From IMG/VR virus record IMGVR_UViG_3300037722_000409, positions 1 through 64,000 of that record: a DNA stretch of 64,000 nucleotides; one strand, 5' to 3'. The notes beneath the pieces are model-generated. The model did not search any database. It was given only the letters and a program-made list of their open reading frames with translations, and was not told the origin of the DNA. A program made the position numbers and the translations under genes. Below are positions 30,414 through 39,723 of this stretch, in pieces (the first letter of the stretch is position 1; each line of letters starts with the position of its first letter). The DNA is from a virus.

Positions 30414-30785
30414 ATGCCGCGCCCCGAGCAGTCCTTAGGCAAGGCGACTGCCTTTATAACCGCCAGTAGAGCTCGCACTCTTGGAGGTGGGGGCAGTAAA
30501 AAACGTTCCGCAGAGACGCCAAATTTTGCGACCTTGACCGAGGAGCAGTATAGCACGGTTCTTGAAGCGGCTGGCGCGAGCCCGCGCATGATAGAGCAAG
30601 AGCTGAAGATGCTGAGGGTATATAAGTCACGGGTTGACTCGGAGCACGTGCAAAAAGCCCGGGCACGCTTGAAGGCCAAGCGCACCACGACAGCGCAGGA
30701 AGACCTCGGAGAGTACTTCGACGCCAGCGCACGCATGGAAGACCGTATCCGTAACCGAAAGGAGAAAGACGAGAATGGCACGTAG
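30414..30785 (+). CDS. Hypothetical protein
   Basis: ORF. Confidence 0.55.
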   Translation: MPRPEQSLGKATAFITASRARTLGGGGSKKRSAETPNFATLTEEQYSTVLEAAGASPRMIEQELKMLRVYKSRVDSEHVQKARARLKAKRTTTAQEDLGEYFDASARMEDRIRNRKEKDENGT

Positions 30786-31128
30786 ACGCCGCAAGGCTGG
30801 AGTTCGCGCCTTATGGGCGCCGGTACCAGTCGACGTTAATGTAACCCAGGCACACCCTACACCAGGGTGGGTGATCATAAAGGAAAACTTCGTCAACCTA
30901 GAGCACGCCGTGGCCGGCACGAGCGTGGTCTTGGCCATCGCGCGTCCCTTTGACACCAACACCATGCACGGCGAGGTGGCAGCTATACACCCTATAACGG
31001 CTGAAGAGACAGGCCTCACAACCGGCGACAAGATTATCTACAAAGAGTATTCCGGGGGTCGCTGGTCTTTTAACGGGGACAAGTACCTAATCACAGATGC
31101 CCGCGATATCCTAGCAAAGGTGCAGTAA
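30775..31128 (+). CDS. Second GroES-like co-chaperonin
   Basis: PTPGWVII, GEVAAI, GDKIIYKEYSG...NGDKYLI...DILAKV. Confidence 0.7.
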   Translation: MARRRRKAGVRALWAPVPVDVNVTQAHPTPGWVIIKENFVNLEHAVAGTSVVLAIARPFDTNTMHGEVAAIHPITAEETGLTTGDKIIYKEYSGGRWSFNGDKYLITDARDILAKVQ

Positions 31129-31148
31129 CGCACCACAGAGCGTGACGT

Positions 31149-32858
31149 ATGGGACTATTAGATCGTATACTTGGCAGAAAGACCACACGTCCGGGCGTTC
31201 AGTCCGGGCCTGTTCCTAACCCCGCAGCTGCGCAGTTTCTCAAAAGCCTAGAGGTGCAGCTGGCGCAAGGAAACTTGTCCCCGCGCGAGACTGACGCCGC
31301 ACGGCTTGTTAAAGCCATCGTGCATCGTCAGTCGGTCAATGCGCCCACAGTTGGGGTGCCTGATCTAGGGTTTAAAGGTGCGCGTCAGCAGCTGTTCCAA
31401 CGGTTTAACCTGATCGACCTGTACGGCATGGCGCACAACAACTCCACGGTCAAGACCGCCGTGTTGACCTTACGACACGAGGTCTTCCGTCGTGGGTTGC
31501 AGTGGGACCCGGCGTTCGCGTACCGCTGTCCAACGTGCCACGTTGACTTCTCCAAGGATGAACAGACCGAGCACGACAAGCGCTGCCCAGAGTGCAATTC
31601 TGTGCTGCAGTCACCCAACCCCCTGCAACGCGTGCAGTTCGAGCGGCTTATGCCTCACGTTAACCTGTACGGCCAGAGTCTACTGGGGCTGCTCAAGACC
31701 TTGGAGGACGACCTGAACATCGCCGACGACGCGTTCTTGCTCGCGTCCTCAGAGTACCAGCTCGCAAAAGACGAGTATGGGCAGTCGACCATCAAGCGGT
31801 TCGTGCGGCAACTCTTCCGCCTCGACCCCATATTCATGGAGTTTGACACTGACGACAACAACCGCCCCGGCCTAGCGCACCACATCTGCCTGGCCCACCG
31901 GGAGAGCCTGCTGGAGGTCCCCCGTGACGCTGGCTGGGAACACGACTGGAAGGGCGTGTGTCCCATTGACGGGTTTCCGACCCTCCCAGTGGTCTATCGT
32001 TATGTGCCGACACGCGGCACCTACGGCGCGCAGAAGGGTGGGGTGAACACCGCCAAAGATGCGTACTACTTCGTCAAGGGTGAGGTGATCCACGCCAGCA
32101 AGTACAGTCCGTCAGAGCTATACGGCTACGCGCCCCTGCTCGGCCTGTACGAGAAAGTATTGTCTCTCATAGGCATGGACCGCTACCTCTACGACTACTT
32201 CTTCGAGCGCAAGATGCCGCAGGGCGTCATCACCACGGTCACCGACAACCCGGAGCAGCTGGAGATCGACAAGGAGATCGTGCTGGCTAAGACCCTTGAG
32301 GACCCGCACTACCTTCCGTGGCTGGCGGTGAGCAGCAACTCTGGGCAAGGACGCACGGAGTTTGTACGGTTCGCCTACTCGTTGGACGAGCTCCAGTTCC
32401 TGCCAGTGCAGGAGGCTCTAGCTCGAGCAGTAGCTGGGCTATACGGCATCCCCGACCTATTCATGGGATTCGAGACCAACACGGGGGGCATCGGCAACCA
32501 GAGCCAGCAGGTCACACGTATGGGTCGTGGCGCTGCCGCCTCACAGGCCGTGCACAACACCGATGTTCTCGCCCCGCTGCTTGAGGTCATGGGTGTGACT
32601 GACTGGGTGCTGACCTTATCCTCCGCTGAGGACTACACCGAGACCGAGGAGTGGGACATCAAGGACCGAAAGGCGCAGTGGGCGCAGACCATGCACTCCA
32701 TAGGGTTCGGCATCAAGTATGACCAAGAGTCGGACGAGTTCACCGTGACAGGTGAGGTTCCCTCGCAGCAAGAGCAGCAACAATCTCAGCAGCAGCAAGA
32801 TCCATACTCTCAGTTCGGTGGTGGAGCCCCAGGAGGTGGCGCCCCTGGAGGCTTCTAA
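31149..32858 (+). CDS. Portal protein with zinc-finger insertions
   Basis: EDDLNIADDAF, GEVIH.SKY.PS..YGYAP, YFF....PQG, YGIPDLFMG; follows TerL. Confidence 0.85.
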   Translation: MGLLDRILGRKTTRPGVQSGPVPNPAAAQFLKSLEVQLAQGNLSPRETDAARLVKAIVHRQSVNAPTVGVPDLGFKGARQQLFQRFNLIDLYGMAHNNSTVKTAVLTLRHEVFRRGLQWDPAFAYRCPTCHVDFSKDEQTEHDKRCPECNSVLQSPNPLQRVQFERLMPHVNLYGQSLLGLLKTLEDDLNIADDAFLLASSEYQLAKDEYGQSTIKRFVRQLFRLDPIFMEFDTDDNNRPGLAHHICLAHRESLLEVPRDAGWEHDWKGVCPIDGFPTLPVVYRYVPTRGTYGAQKGGVNTAKDAYYFVKGEVIHASKYSPSELYGYAPLLGLYEKVLSLIGMDRYLYDYFFERKMPQGVITTVTDNPEQLEIDKEIVLAKTLEDPHYLPWLAVSSNSGQGRTEFVRFAYSLDELQFLPVQEALARAVAGLYGIPDLFMGFETNTGGIGNQSQQVTRMGRGAAASQAVHNTDVLAPLLEVMGVTDWVLTLSSAEDYTETEEWDIKDRKAQWAQTMHSIGFGIKYDQESDEFTVTGEVPSQQEQQQSQQQQDPYSQFGGGAPGGGAPGGF

Positions 32859-33681
32859 CGTAAACAAAGCTCCACGCTTTAGACGTGTGACCACCACAGG
32901 GGTGCGTCGACCAGGGTACATACGGGGAACCATAGAAGCGCAAAAGGAGTTCCTCCGTATTCTTGCAGACCTTCACAAGGCTGGCCTTGACAAGCTGGCG
33001 CGCAAGCTTAAGAGTATTCCGAAGTCATCGATGGCGCGAGCTTTAGCCGCTGTAGAACAGACAGGCACCGAGTGGATCGAGGAGCTCGTGGATAGCGCCA
33101 TGCCCTCCATCAAAACCGTGTATACGGACGGGCTTAAGGCTGGATTCACTGAGTCAGGTCTGGCGTTTGACCCCCTAGCTGCCGACCCCCACGTTCTGGA
33201 ACTGTTGGCGCGCAGCCCTGATGGTATAGTACCTGCCCTGAGGGACTTCACCGAGACTGAGACCAGGTTTGCCGAGAAGATAATCCGGGGCTCCTTTGAA
33301 GAGGGTACCTACTTTGACCTCGGCAAGGTCATCGACCAACTGAGGGACCGAATGCCCGCGGCGCAGTACAAGCTGGAGCGGATCGTGCGAACAGAGACGC
33401 GAAAGCTCGCCGGTATGGGTAAGCTGGCCGCGTGGGAGAAGGACCCCGAGAGGGACTGGTTTTCCTACCACTACGTCGCTACGTATGACGAGCGCACACG
33501 GCAACAACACATGCACTTTATGACCGGCGGCCCCTATGAGTTTGACCAGGTAAAGGTCATCTGGGAGGAGGAGCGTGAGCCGTACAACTGTCGCTGCTCC
33601 TTAGCGCGTACACTCAAGCCACACGACGTGCTGGTGACGGAGGGCCACGTCACAGCGGAGGAAGCGGAGCGGTTGTTCTAA
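32752..33681 (+). CDS. Head morphogenesis protein (SPP1 gp7 / MuF); true start uncertain, probably downstream of 32858
   Basis: ERIVRTE, DERTR..H, PYNCRC. Confidence 0.85.
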   Translation: MRFPRSKSSNNLSSSKIHTLSSVVEPQEVAPLEASNVNKAPRFRRVTTTGVRRPGYIRGTIEAQKEFLRILADLHKAGLDKLARKLKSIPKSSMARALAAVEQTGTEWIEELVDSAMPSIKTVYTDGLKAGFTESGLAFDPLAADPHVLELLARSPDGIVPALRDFTETETRFAEKIIRGSFEEGTYFDLGKVIDQLRDRMPAAQYKLERIVRTETRKLAGMGKLAAWEKDPERDWFSYHYVATYDERTRQQHMHFMTGGPYEFDQVKVIWEEEREPYNCRCSLARTLKPHDVLVTEGHVTAEEAERLF

Positions 33682-33701
33682 CTAACGGAGTATAATGACA
33701 T

Positions 33702-34088
33702 ATGACTTCACGAACATTATCTCCTGGCGTGGGGACAGTTCACCGTCGTATGGACAAGCTTAAGACCGGCGTTTGTGCGCACTGTGGTGAGGCAAAGAAG
33801 ACAGACTCCGCACTTATTCACGGCAGGGCCGACCGTTCGACCATCAAGGAGCGCCGTGAGTTCAGCATTGATCCTAATGACTACATGGAGCTGTGTCGCT
33901 CATGCCACATGAAGTACGACATGACCGACGAGATTCGCGTTAAGATAAGCGCCACTAGTACAGGTCGTGCACCCTCAGACGAAGCTAGGGTCAAAATGCG
34001 CAAAAGTGCTATGGGTCGTAAGTCTTCTGAGGAAGCTAAAGCTAAGATGAGCGCCGCACGAAAAGTGTACTGGCAGAACCGAGTATAA
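33702..34088 (+). mobile_element. HNH/NUMOD3-like homing endonuclease-related protein
   Basis: CAHC...LCRSCHMKYD, three S(D/E)EARxKM repeats. Confidence 0.65.
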
Positions 34089-35422
34089 TGACTATACGTA
34101 ACAGGAGGAAAAGCCACATGCGCACCCCGTCACAGCTTACACCTGAAGAGCTCGAGGCTCTAGTTCACAGTTGGAAACACGGTCCTGCCCCCGCAGTTGA
34201 TATAGCCGTAGAATACGGGGTGAACTTATCATCGTTGCGGTCGTTCTTGCTCGCACGGGGAATACACCGCGAGTATGACGCGGGCCGCAAGGCAACAATA
34301 GGGGAGGACTGGACTGACGCGGACTACATAGTTCAGACCCAGCATGACCGGGAGCTTTCCCAATTGAAGGCTCAGGTTAACCACTACCGTCGGCTCTACA
34401 CGGCGGCCACCAAGAAGGACACCGCCCAAGACATGATCCTACAGGTTCTACGAGACAACATCGTAGCGTGGGACGTGCCCTCACCAGAACTCTTCAAGGT
34501 CTCACACAAGAAGTCTCACGGCAGTCACACCCTGGTTGCGTTGCTTTCTGACCTTCATGTCGGCGAGGTTGTCGACAAAGAGGCCATGATGGGCATGGGC
34601 GAGTATAACCTCGACGTGTTTCGGCAACGTGCCGGCGTCTACGTGGCGAACTTTCTCCGATTGTACGAGATCGACAGCTCCGGCCGAGAGATCCCGAAAT
34701 TGACCATCTTCTGTGACGGGGACTTCATCTCTGGCTTGATTCACGATGAGCTGCTCAAGACCAACGCCGTGAACGTCATGGACCAGATGACGCTGGCCGC
34801 CACAGTCGGCGCATGGATCATCCGGCAAATCGCGCAATACTTCAAAGAGGTCCACGTGTCCTGCACGGTGGGCAACCACGGCCGCACCGGTCAAAAGGTA
34901 GAGTTCAAGGACCCGTCACTGAGCTGGGACTACATGGCCTACCAGATGATGGCTATGCTTCTCAAGAACGACGACCACATTACGTGGGACATCCCGAAGT
35001 CGCTTTGGGCAGTCACCAAGGTGGAAAACCTGCAGTTCCTGCACTACCACGGGCACGGCCGCATGCAGAACACCTTGTCCATCCCCTACTACGGCATCGA
35101 CCGAGCCATCCGGGACATGCGGGAGATCTTCCAGGTTCACGACCTGAAGTTCGACGGAATGTGCATGGGACACCTGCACCACTTCTTCGAGAAGGACCTC
35201 GGCACCGGGCCTGTCATCTTGAACCCCTGCTGGAAGGGTGGAGACGAGTTCGCGACCCTTGGCCTGCGCAAGTACAGCAAGCCTGAGCAGGTCATCTTCC
35301 TGGTACACCACAAGAGGGGCTACGTCAACTCCGAGAGGATCCACCTCTGGGGCCAGACACCCGAGAACGCCCTGCACGTCCCAGAGGGCCCAGCGCCTAT
35401 CTGGAGCGACACAGAGGTCTAA
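34088..35422 (+). CDS. Calcineurin-like metallophosphoesterase with N-terminal HTH/coiled coil
   Basis: SDLHVGE, GDFISG, GNHGR, HGH, GHLHH. Confidence 0.85.
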   Translation: MTIRNRRKSHMRTPSQLTPEELEALVHSWKHGPAPAVDIAVEYGVNLSSLRSFLLARGIHREYDAGRKATIGEDWTDADYIVQTQHDRELSQLKAQVNHYRRLYTAATKKDTAQDMILQVLRDNIVAWDVPSPELFKVSHKKSHGSHTLVALLSDLHVGEVVDKEAMMGMGEYNLDVFRQRAGVYVANFLRLYEIDSSGREIPKLTIFCDGDFISGLIHDELLKTNAVNVMDQMTLAATVGAWIIRQIAQYFKEVHVSCTVGNHGRTGQKVEFKDPSLSWDYMAYQMMAMLLKNDDHITWDIPKSLWAVTKVENLQFLHYHGHGRMQNTLSIPYYGIDRAIRDMREIFQVHDLKFDGMCMGHLHHFFEKDLGTGPVILNPCWKGGDEFATLGLRKYSKPEQVIFLVHHKRGYVNSERIHLWGQTPENALHVPEGPAPIWSDTEV

Positions 35423-35423
35423 C

Positions 35424-35900
35424 GTGCCAAAGACAGGGTGGAAAGTAAAGAATCCCGAGCGGTTCATCGAAGACCTCGTAAGAGGTCTTCAGACCGCGGG
35501 GGACCGAATACACGCTATATCTCAGCAGCCCGGCTACTGCCCAGTGGACAAAGGCACCCTTCGCAGCTCGTCACCTGGGGCAGAGTACCTGAGTAATGGG
35601 TTCCGGATAGTTTACCGCACGAGCTACGCGGCTCGCCAAGAGTTTGGTCTTCCGAGAGGTCACACCGAGCACGTTGGTAAGCATGACGTGCGTGCGTTCA
35701 CCGTCAAGAAGCACTCACGCAAGACTAAGAGTGGAAAGACCATAATCATGCCAGAGCGCTTCGTTCAAGCGCACTCGCGCGGGCCATTTGACCGGACATT
35801 CGCAAACGGGTACGCTGGACGATTTTACCTCACACGGGCGTTCAATGAGACTCGCCCCCAACTCGTAGAGTTCATCAAGAGGCTCAGTCGCAGCTCATAA
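35424..35900 (+). CDS. HK97 gp10-like head/tail accessory protein
   Basis: CPVDKGTLRSS, YAARQEFG, YLTRAF. Confidence 0.65.
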   Translation: MPKTGWKVKNPERFIEDLVRGLQTAGDRIHAISQQPGYCPVDKGTLRSSSPGAEYLSNGFRIVYRTSYAARQEFGLPRGHTEHVGKHDVRAFTVKKHSRKTKSGKTIIMPERFVQAHSRGPFDRTFANGYAGRFYLTRAFNETRPQLVEFIKRLSRSS

Positions 35901-35912
35901 TAAGGAGATGTC

Positions 35913-36218
35913 ATGCGCATCTTTTCCTACCTGGTGTCTAAGGCCGTGGTCAATGACTTCGGCCTAAACCACCCAGAACGATTTCAGCTCCACGTCCACT
36001 CTCGCCTCGGCCTCTTGGCCACAACCCTCTTCAACTACATCATGAACCGCGACGTCCTGTACGTCGTCTGGCGACATGACGTGCACCTGACCACCTGGGG
36101 TGCGTGGTTCCTCTCCAAGGACGCCCTACCTCTTGAAGCAATGCGCGGGCTCCTTCAGGAAGCTGATCGCGGCAACGCTTGGAAGGCCCTATTTAGAAGC
36201 TTCAAGGAGCAACGATGA
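35913..36218 (+). CDS. Hypothetical protein
   Basis: ORF with AAGGAG RBS. Confidence 0.55.
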   Translation: MRIFSYLVSKAVVNDFGLNHPERFQLHVHSRLGLLATTLFNYIMNRDVLYVVWRHDVHLTTWGAWFLSKDALPLEAMRGLLQEADRGNAWKALFRSFKEQR

Positions 36219-36784
36219 GCGACGACGCGCGCTACCTGGCGGTCACCGACTTCGAGACCACCGGCCTTGACCCAGACATTCACGAGATAATCCAGGTGGC
36301 CCGCATGATCTTCGACCTCAAGACCAGGGAGGTCGTGCCCGATTCCTGGGTAAACCTGTACGTCCTGCCCACCCACTGGGAGACCGGCACCCCGGAGGCG
36401 CGGGCCATCCACAATATCTCACTTAAGGACCTGGAAAAGGACGGGGTGTCACTTGACGACGCATTGGCCGTCTTCTCCCGTGGAGTAAACTGGCGTAACA
36501 CGGTGGTGACGGCGTGGGGCACCGACTTCGAGATGAAGTTCCTGGACGCGGCCTTTAGGGCCACCAGGCGAGTCAGGCCGTACAGTTACCGGAGCTTCGA
36601 CGTGCGCAGCATGGCCTACGGGATGCTGTCGGCGTCGTTGGGGACTTTCAAGTACCGCGGCCTAGCTGACACGGCTGAGCTCCTCGGCGTACACGTCGAC
36701 CACAAGCGCCTTCACGACGCGTTCTACGACGTGCACCTGACGTGCGAGGTACTGAAGCTTATCCTTCCAGAACAAATCAGATAA
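36215..36784 (+). CDS. DEDDh 3'-5' exonuclease (DnaQ-like)
   Basis: DFETTGLD, HEIIQ, FE..FL, HDAFYD. Confidence 0.85.
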   Translation: MSDDARYLAVTDFETTGLDPDIHEIIQVARMIFDLKTREVVPDSWVNLYVLPTHWETGTPEARAIHNISLKDLEKDGVSLDDALAVFSRGVNWRNTVVTAWGTDFEMKFLDAAFRATRRVRPYSYRSFDVRSMAYGMLSASLGTFKYRGLADTAELLGVHVDHKRLHDAFYDVHLTCEVLKLILPEQIR

Positions 36785-36801
36785 AGTGAGTACAATTACC
36801 T

Positions 36802-37392
36802 ATGTACAAAGGAATAACAACTCACAGTGAAACTCCGGACCCAAAGGCTGTCTTGGATATCCTATTTCGGCAGCCTCGTCCTGTAGTGGACAGCTGGAGG
36901 GCCATCGTTCACCCTAAGGCCTCCTACCTATGGGAGGTAAAGCCACCCGGTAGGTGGGTGTCTATCTTACGGCATGACGAGCTTCTGGTAACCACCGATC
37001 CAGCGATACCCCTAGACGTGGACTACGCCCACGTGTTCGAGATGCTCAAGGTGCACGGCGCGGCTCTCTTGGCCCGGCTGGACTCAGAGTTTGGCCTCAT
37101 AGCTGTCGCGGTAAGCAAGCCCAATGAACCATTTACCCCCTTGATTCCAGGCTACCACGCTAGCGCCTTGGTGGACACGACTAGCCTAACCCTTGAGGGC
37201 ATCGAGCAGCTTTCAGAACGTGGGTACGAGTGGCCTGAAGGGCTGCAAAAGCCCTCCATAATCGGGATGCAGGCAGCTCTTGCACTGTCTAGCGCCGAGC
37301 ACCGTACTTACTGGTTGAAAGCCTGCCCGGAGGGCTTATGGCTCCTGAGCACCGCGAGTCGTCAAGCCTTGACCATATACGAAGTACTCTAG
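36802..37392 (+). CDS. Hypothetical protein
   Basis: ORF; ATG 5 nt after GAGTACAAT. Confidence 0.55.
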   Translation: MYKGITTHSETPDPKAVLDILFRQPRPVVDSWRAIVHPKASYLWEVKPPGRWVSILRHDELLVTTDPAIPLDVDYAHVFEMLKVHGAALLARLDSEFGLIAVAVSKPNEPFTPLIPGYHASALVDTTSLTLEGIEQLSERGYEWPEGLQKPSIIGMQAALALSSAEHRTYWLKACPEGLWLLSTASRQALTIYEVL

Positions 37393-37401
37393 GAGACAGC
37401 C

Positions 37402-37968
37402 ATGCCTAAGCCGATAATCGTCGGGATCGACGTAGACAGCACCCTAGCTAACCTCACCGACCCGCTTTCTCAGCTCATACATGAAGAACGCGGTATAATG
37501 GTTCCACGATACGCCGTGGACAAGTGGGACTATTACGTAGAGATCCTAGGCAGTGCGGTCACCATGCTGGAGATGATGGACCGTGCTTGGAACGACGGGA
37601 TGGTAGTTCCAGAAGAGTCGAGGCTCTCTCAGACCTTACGGTTGCTGAAGATTCCTAAGTTTCACAAGATGGTGATTACCTCACGTACCCCGCGGTCCCA
37701 CGCCGCCGTGGTGCAGTGGCTGCAAGACAACGGCCTAGACTACAACTCGACCGTGCTGGTTGACCGCAGCTTGAGCAAATTCGACTTCCCGTTAGATATA
37801 CTCATAGACGACCAACCAGCGTGTGCTGAAGAGGTAGCGCGCTACCCCAGCAAGTTTCTTTACCTGCGTGACCAGCCCTGGAATCAAGATGTTGCACTAC
37901 CAGACAACAGCATGCGGGTAGGGTCGGTGAGAGAGGCGGTCAACCACATCTTAAGGACCGCTGAATGA
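37402..37968 (+). CDS. 5'(3')-deoxyribonucleotidase (NT5C-like HAD)
   Basis: IDVDSTLA, ITSR, LIDD, QPWN. Confidence 0.8.
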   Translation: MPKPIIVGIDVDSTLANLTDPLSQLIHEERGIMVPRYAVDKWDYYVEILGSAVTMLEMMDRAWNDGMVVPEESRLSQTLRLLKIPKFHKMVITSRTPRSHAAVVQWLQDNGLDYNSTVLVDRSLSKFDFPLDILIDDQPACAEEVARYPSKFLYLRDQPWNQDVALPDNSMRVGSVREAVNHILRTAE

Positions 37969-38219
37969 AAAACTTCTTAAAGGGTAACTCATGGCAAGAC
38001 TGGGTAACGTCAGGGGTTAACCTCGTGTTTGCTCCTTCCCTGGTGCCGATGATTCTCGCCAACCAGCCGCCCCCTCTGTTGTCAACTATACCGACAGCTT
38101 TGGGAATATGGGCACTGAGCGTGACCTTTTGGACCCTAGGCCTTAGACTGGGGCCAGCAGCTCTAGTGCTCGCCGCCTCGATGTGGACCATACTGGCGGT
38201 TCAAGGTATCCTCCACTGA
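37965..38219 (+). CDS. Small membrane protein (about 3 TM)
   Basis: Hydrophobic helices. Confidence 0.6.
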   Translation: MKNFLKGNSWQDWVTSGVNLVFAPSLVPMILANQPPPLLSTIPTALGIWALSVTFWTLGLRLGPAALVLAASMWTILAVQGILH

Positions 38220-38253
38220 GTATAATATCTCATACGGTAAAAGGAGAGTCACT

Positions 38254-38787
38254 ATGTCCGAGCAAACCCCTCGCGAGATCCTGAACGATCTGGTGGCCAC
38301 ACACTTCAACCACGGCGACCCAGCCTTCTACGACATCACGTCTGATGAGCTGGACCTCTACAACCGCAAGAACAAGGACTACGCTGGGGGCGGGAACGAC
38401 CCCAACGGCAACTTCAACCGGGTTGCAAACTTTTGGTCGATGTACCCCGGCATCTCCCTGAGCGACCCCCGTGTGGTCGCGCTCTCCCACGCCATGAAGC
38501 AGGTCGACCAGATCTGTTGGAGCCTGAGCCGCGGCTATGAGGGCGAGGTCGAGGGACTGGACCCCCGGTTCGCCGACGTCCACATCTACTTCAAGATCGC
38601 CCGGGTCATCAACCGTGGGATCGCCAAGGCAGCAGCCGAGGCTAAACTTGAAGCCACCGCAGCCCCGAAAGGTTTTCATATCATCCTGGAAGAAGAGCAG
38701 AACATTCTCCCACCGTGCGTCTGCGGCTGCAGCGACGTCATCAGCGACGATGACGAGTATGACATCAACGGCGAAAGACTGTCCTGA
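38254..38787 (+). CDS. DUF1599 / nucleotide-modification-associated domain protein
   Basis: RKNKDYA...DPNGNF, K..., E....D...Y pattern. Confidence 0.65.
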   Translation: MSEQTPREILNDLVATHFNHGDPAFYDITSDELDLYNRKNKDYAGGGNDPNGNFNRVANFWSMYPGISLSDPRVVALSHAMKQVDQICWSLSRGYEGEVEGLDPRFADVHIYFKIARVINRGIAKAAAEAKLEATAAPKGFHIILEEEQNILPPCVCGCSDVISDDDEYDINGERLS

Positions 38788-38981
38788 TGAAACTCTCAGC
38801 TCTGATATACCGTGGACAGCTGGTGGAGATCTCCCAGGTACCAGACAACTTCCAGTTCGGGGAGCACGGCAACCACTATCACATCCCGGTGCACGCGGCC
38901 AAAGAGCACCTGTGCTTGACCAATCCGATCATAAGTGAGGACAACAATGACAGTTCAGATATCCACGATCTGCGTTATTAG
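38787..38981 (+). CDS. Hypothetical protein
   Basis: ORF coupled to upstream stop. Confidence 0.45.
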   Translation: MKLSALIYRGQLVEISQVPDNFQFGEHGNHYHIPVHAAKEHLCLTNPIISEDNNDSSDIHDLRY

Positions 38982-39140
38982 GGGCTGCAGCAACTCAGCC
39001 GTCTACTTCATGCGCCGGATAAAGAGGGACGGCACCTTCCAGGAAGGGCTGATGTGTCACCGGTGTGACGCTCGGTATGGCCGCGAGAACATGGCCGCCC
39101 TGGGTATAATGGAACAGAGCGACAACGAGGAGGTGGAGTC

Positions 39141-39533
39141 ATCTTTAACTCAATAACAGTTACCGGGAACTTAGGTGCGAACCCAGAGATGCGCTACCTG
39201 CCCAACGGCACGGTCGTCACCAACTTCACCGTGTACGATCACTACAAGTACAGCAAGGGCCGTGAGGACATCACTCGGTTTCGCGTGGTGTTTTTTGGCA
39301 AGGTAGCAGAGCTGGCCAACGAGTTCCTCAGCAAGGGCGACCTGGTGGTCCTCTCGGGCCGCCTGCGCCTGGTGACCTTCACCGGCCGCGACGGAAAGGA
39401 GAAGACCTTCGCCGAGATCATAGGTAACGAGTTTCGGTCTCTGACTCGTCGGCGCCAAGACGATGATGACGCCACTGAGCCAGACGGGGAGAGCTGGGCT
39501 CCCACAGCTGACGTCGACGACCTCCCGTTCTAA
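39141..39533 (+). CDS. ssb: Single-stranded DNA-binding protein (bacterial type), apparent ATC start
   Basis: FNSITVTGNLGANPEMRYLPNG, FGKVAE, KGDLV..SGRL, C-terminal DDLPF; GGAGGT 6 nt before ATC. Confidence 0.85.
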   Translation: MFNSITVTGNLGANPEMRYLPNGTVVTNFTVYDHYKYSKGREDITRFRVVFFGKVAELANEFLSKGDLVVLSGRLRLVTFTGRDGKEKTFAEIIGNEFRSLTRRRQDDDDATEPDGESWAPTADVDDLPF

Positions 39534-39559
39534 CCTCCACACCACGCTTCATTTAACCC

Positions 39560-39588
39560 CTACGCCGAGACTAGCAATCTCGGCGTAG
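39560..39588 (+). terminator. Hairpin ending the late/nucleotide block
   Basis: CTACGCCGAGA / TCTCGGCGTAG stem; no strong U tract. Confidence 0.5.
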
Positions 39589-39603
39589 CTGTATCTTAGG
39601 GTT

Positions 39604-39665
39604 AAAAACTGTTACATTCCTGTTACATTCTACCTATATACAACAGCGTGTCTAGGGTATATAGT
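39604..39665 (+). promoter_or_regulatory. Early promoter copy 2: TGTTAC-N5-TGTTAC box + TATACA-N17-TATAGT
   Basis: Direct repeat with 11-bp period; 17-bp spaced -35/-10. Confidence 0.7.
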
Positions 39666-39723
39666 ATATATACAGTCAAAAAAGACCGGAGGAACCTACC
39701 AAAACAACCCGCACCAACGTCAA

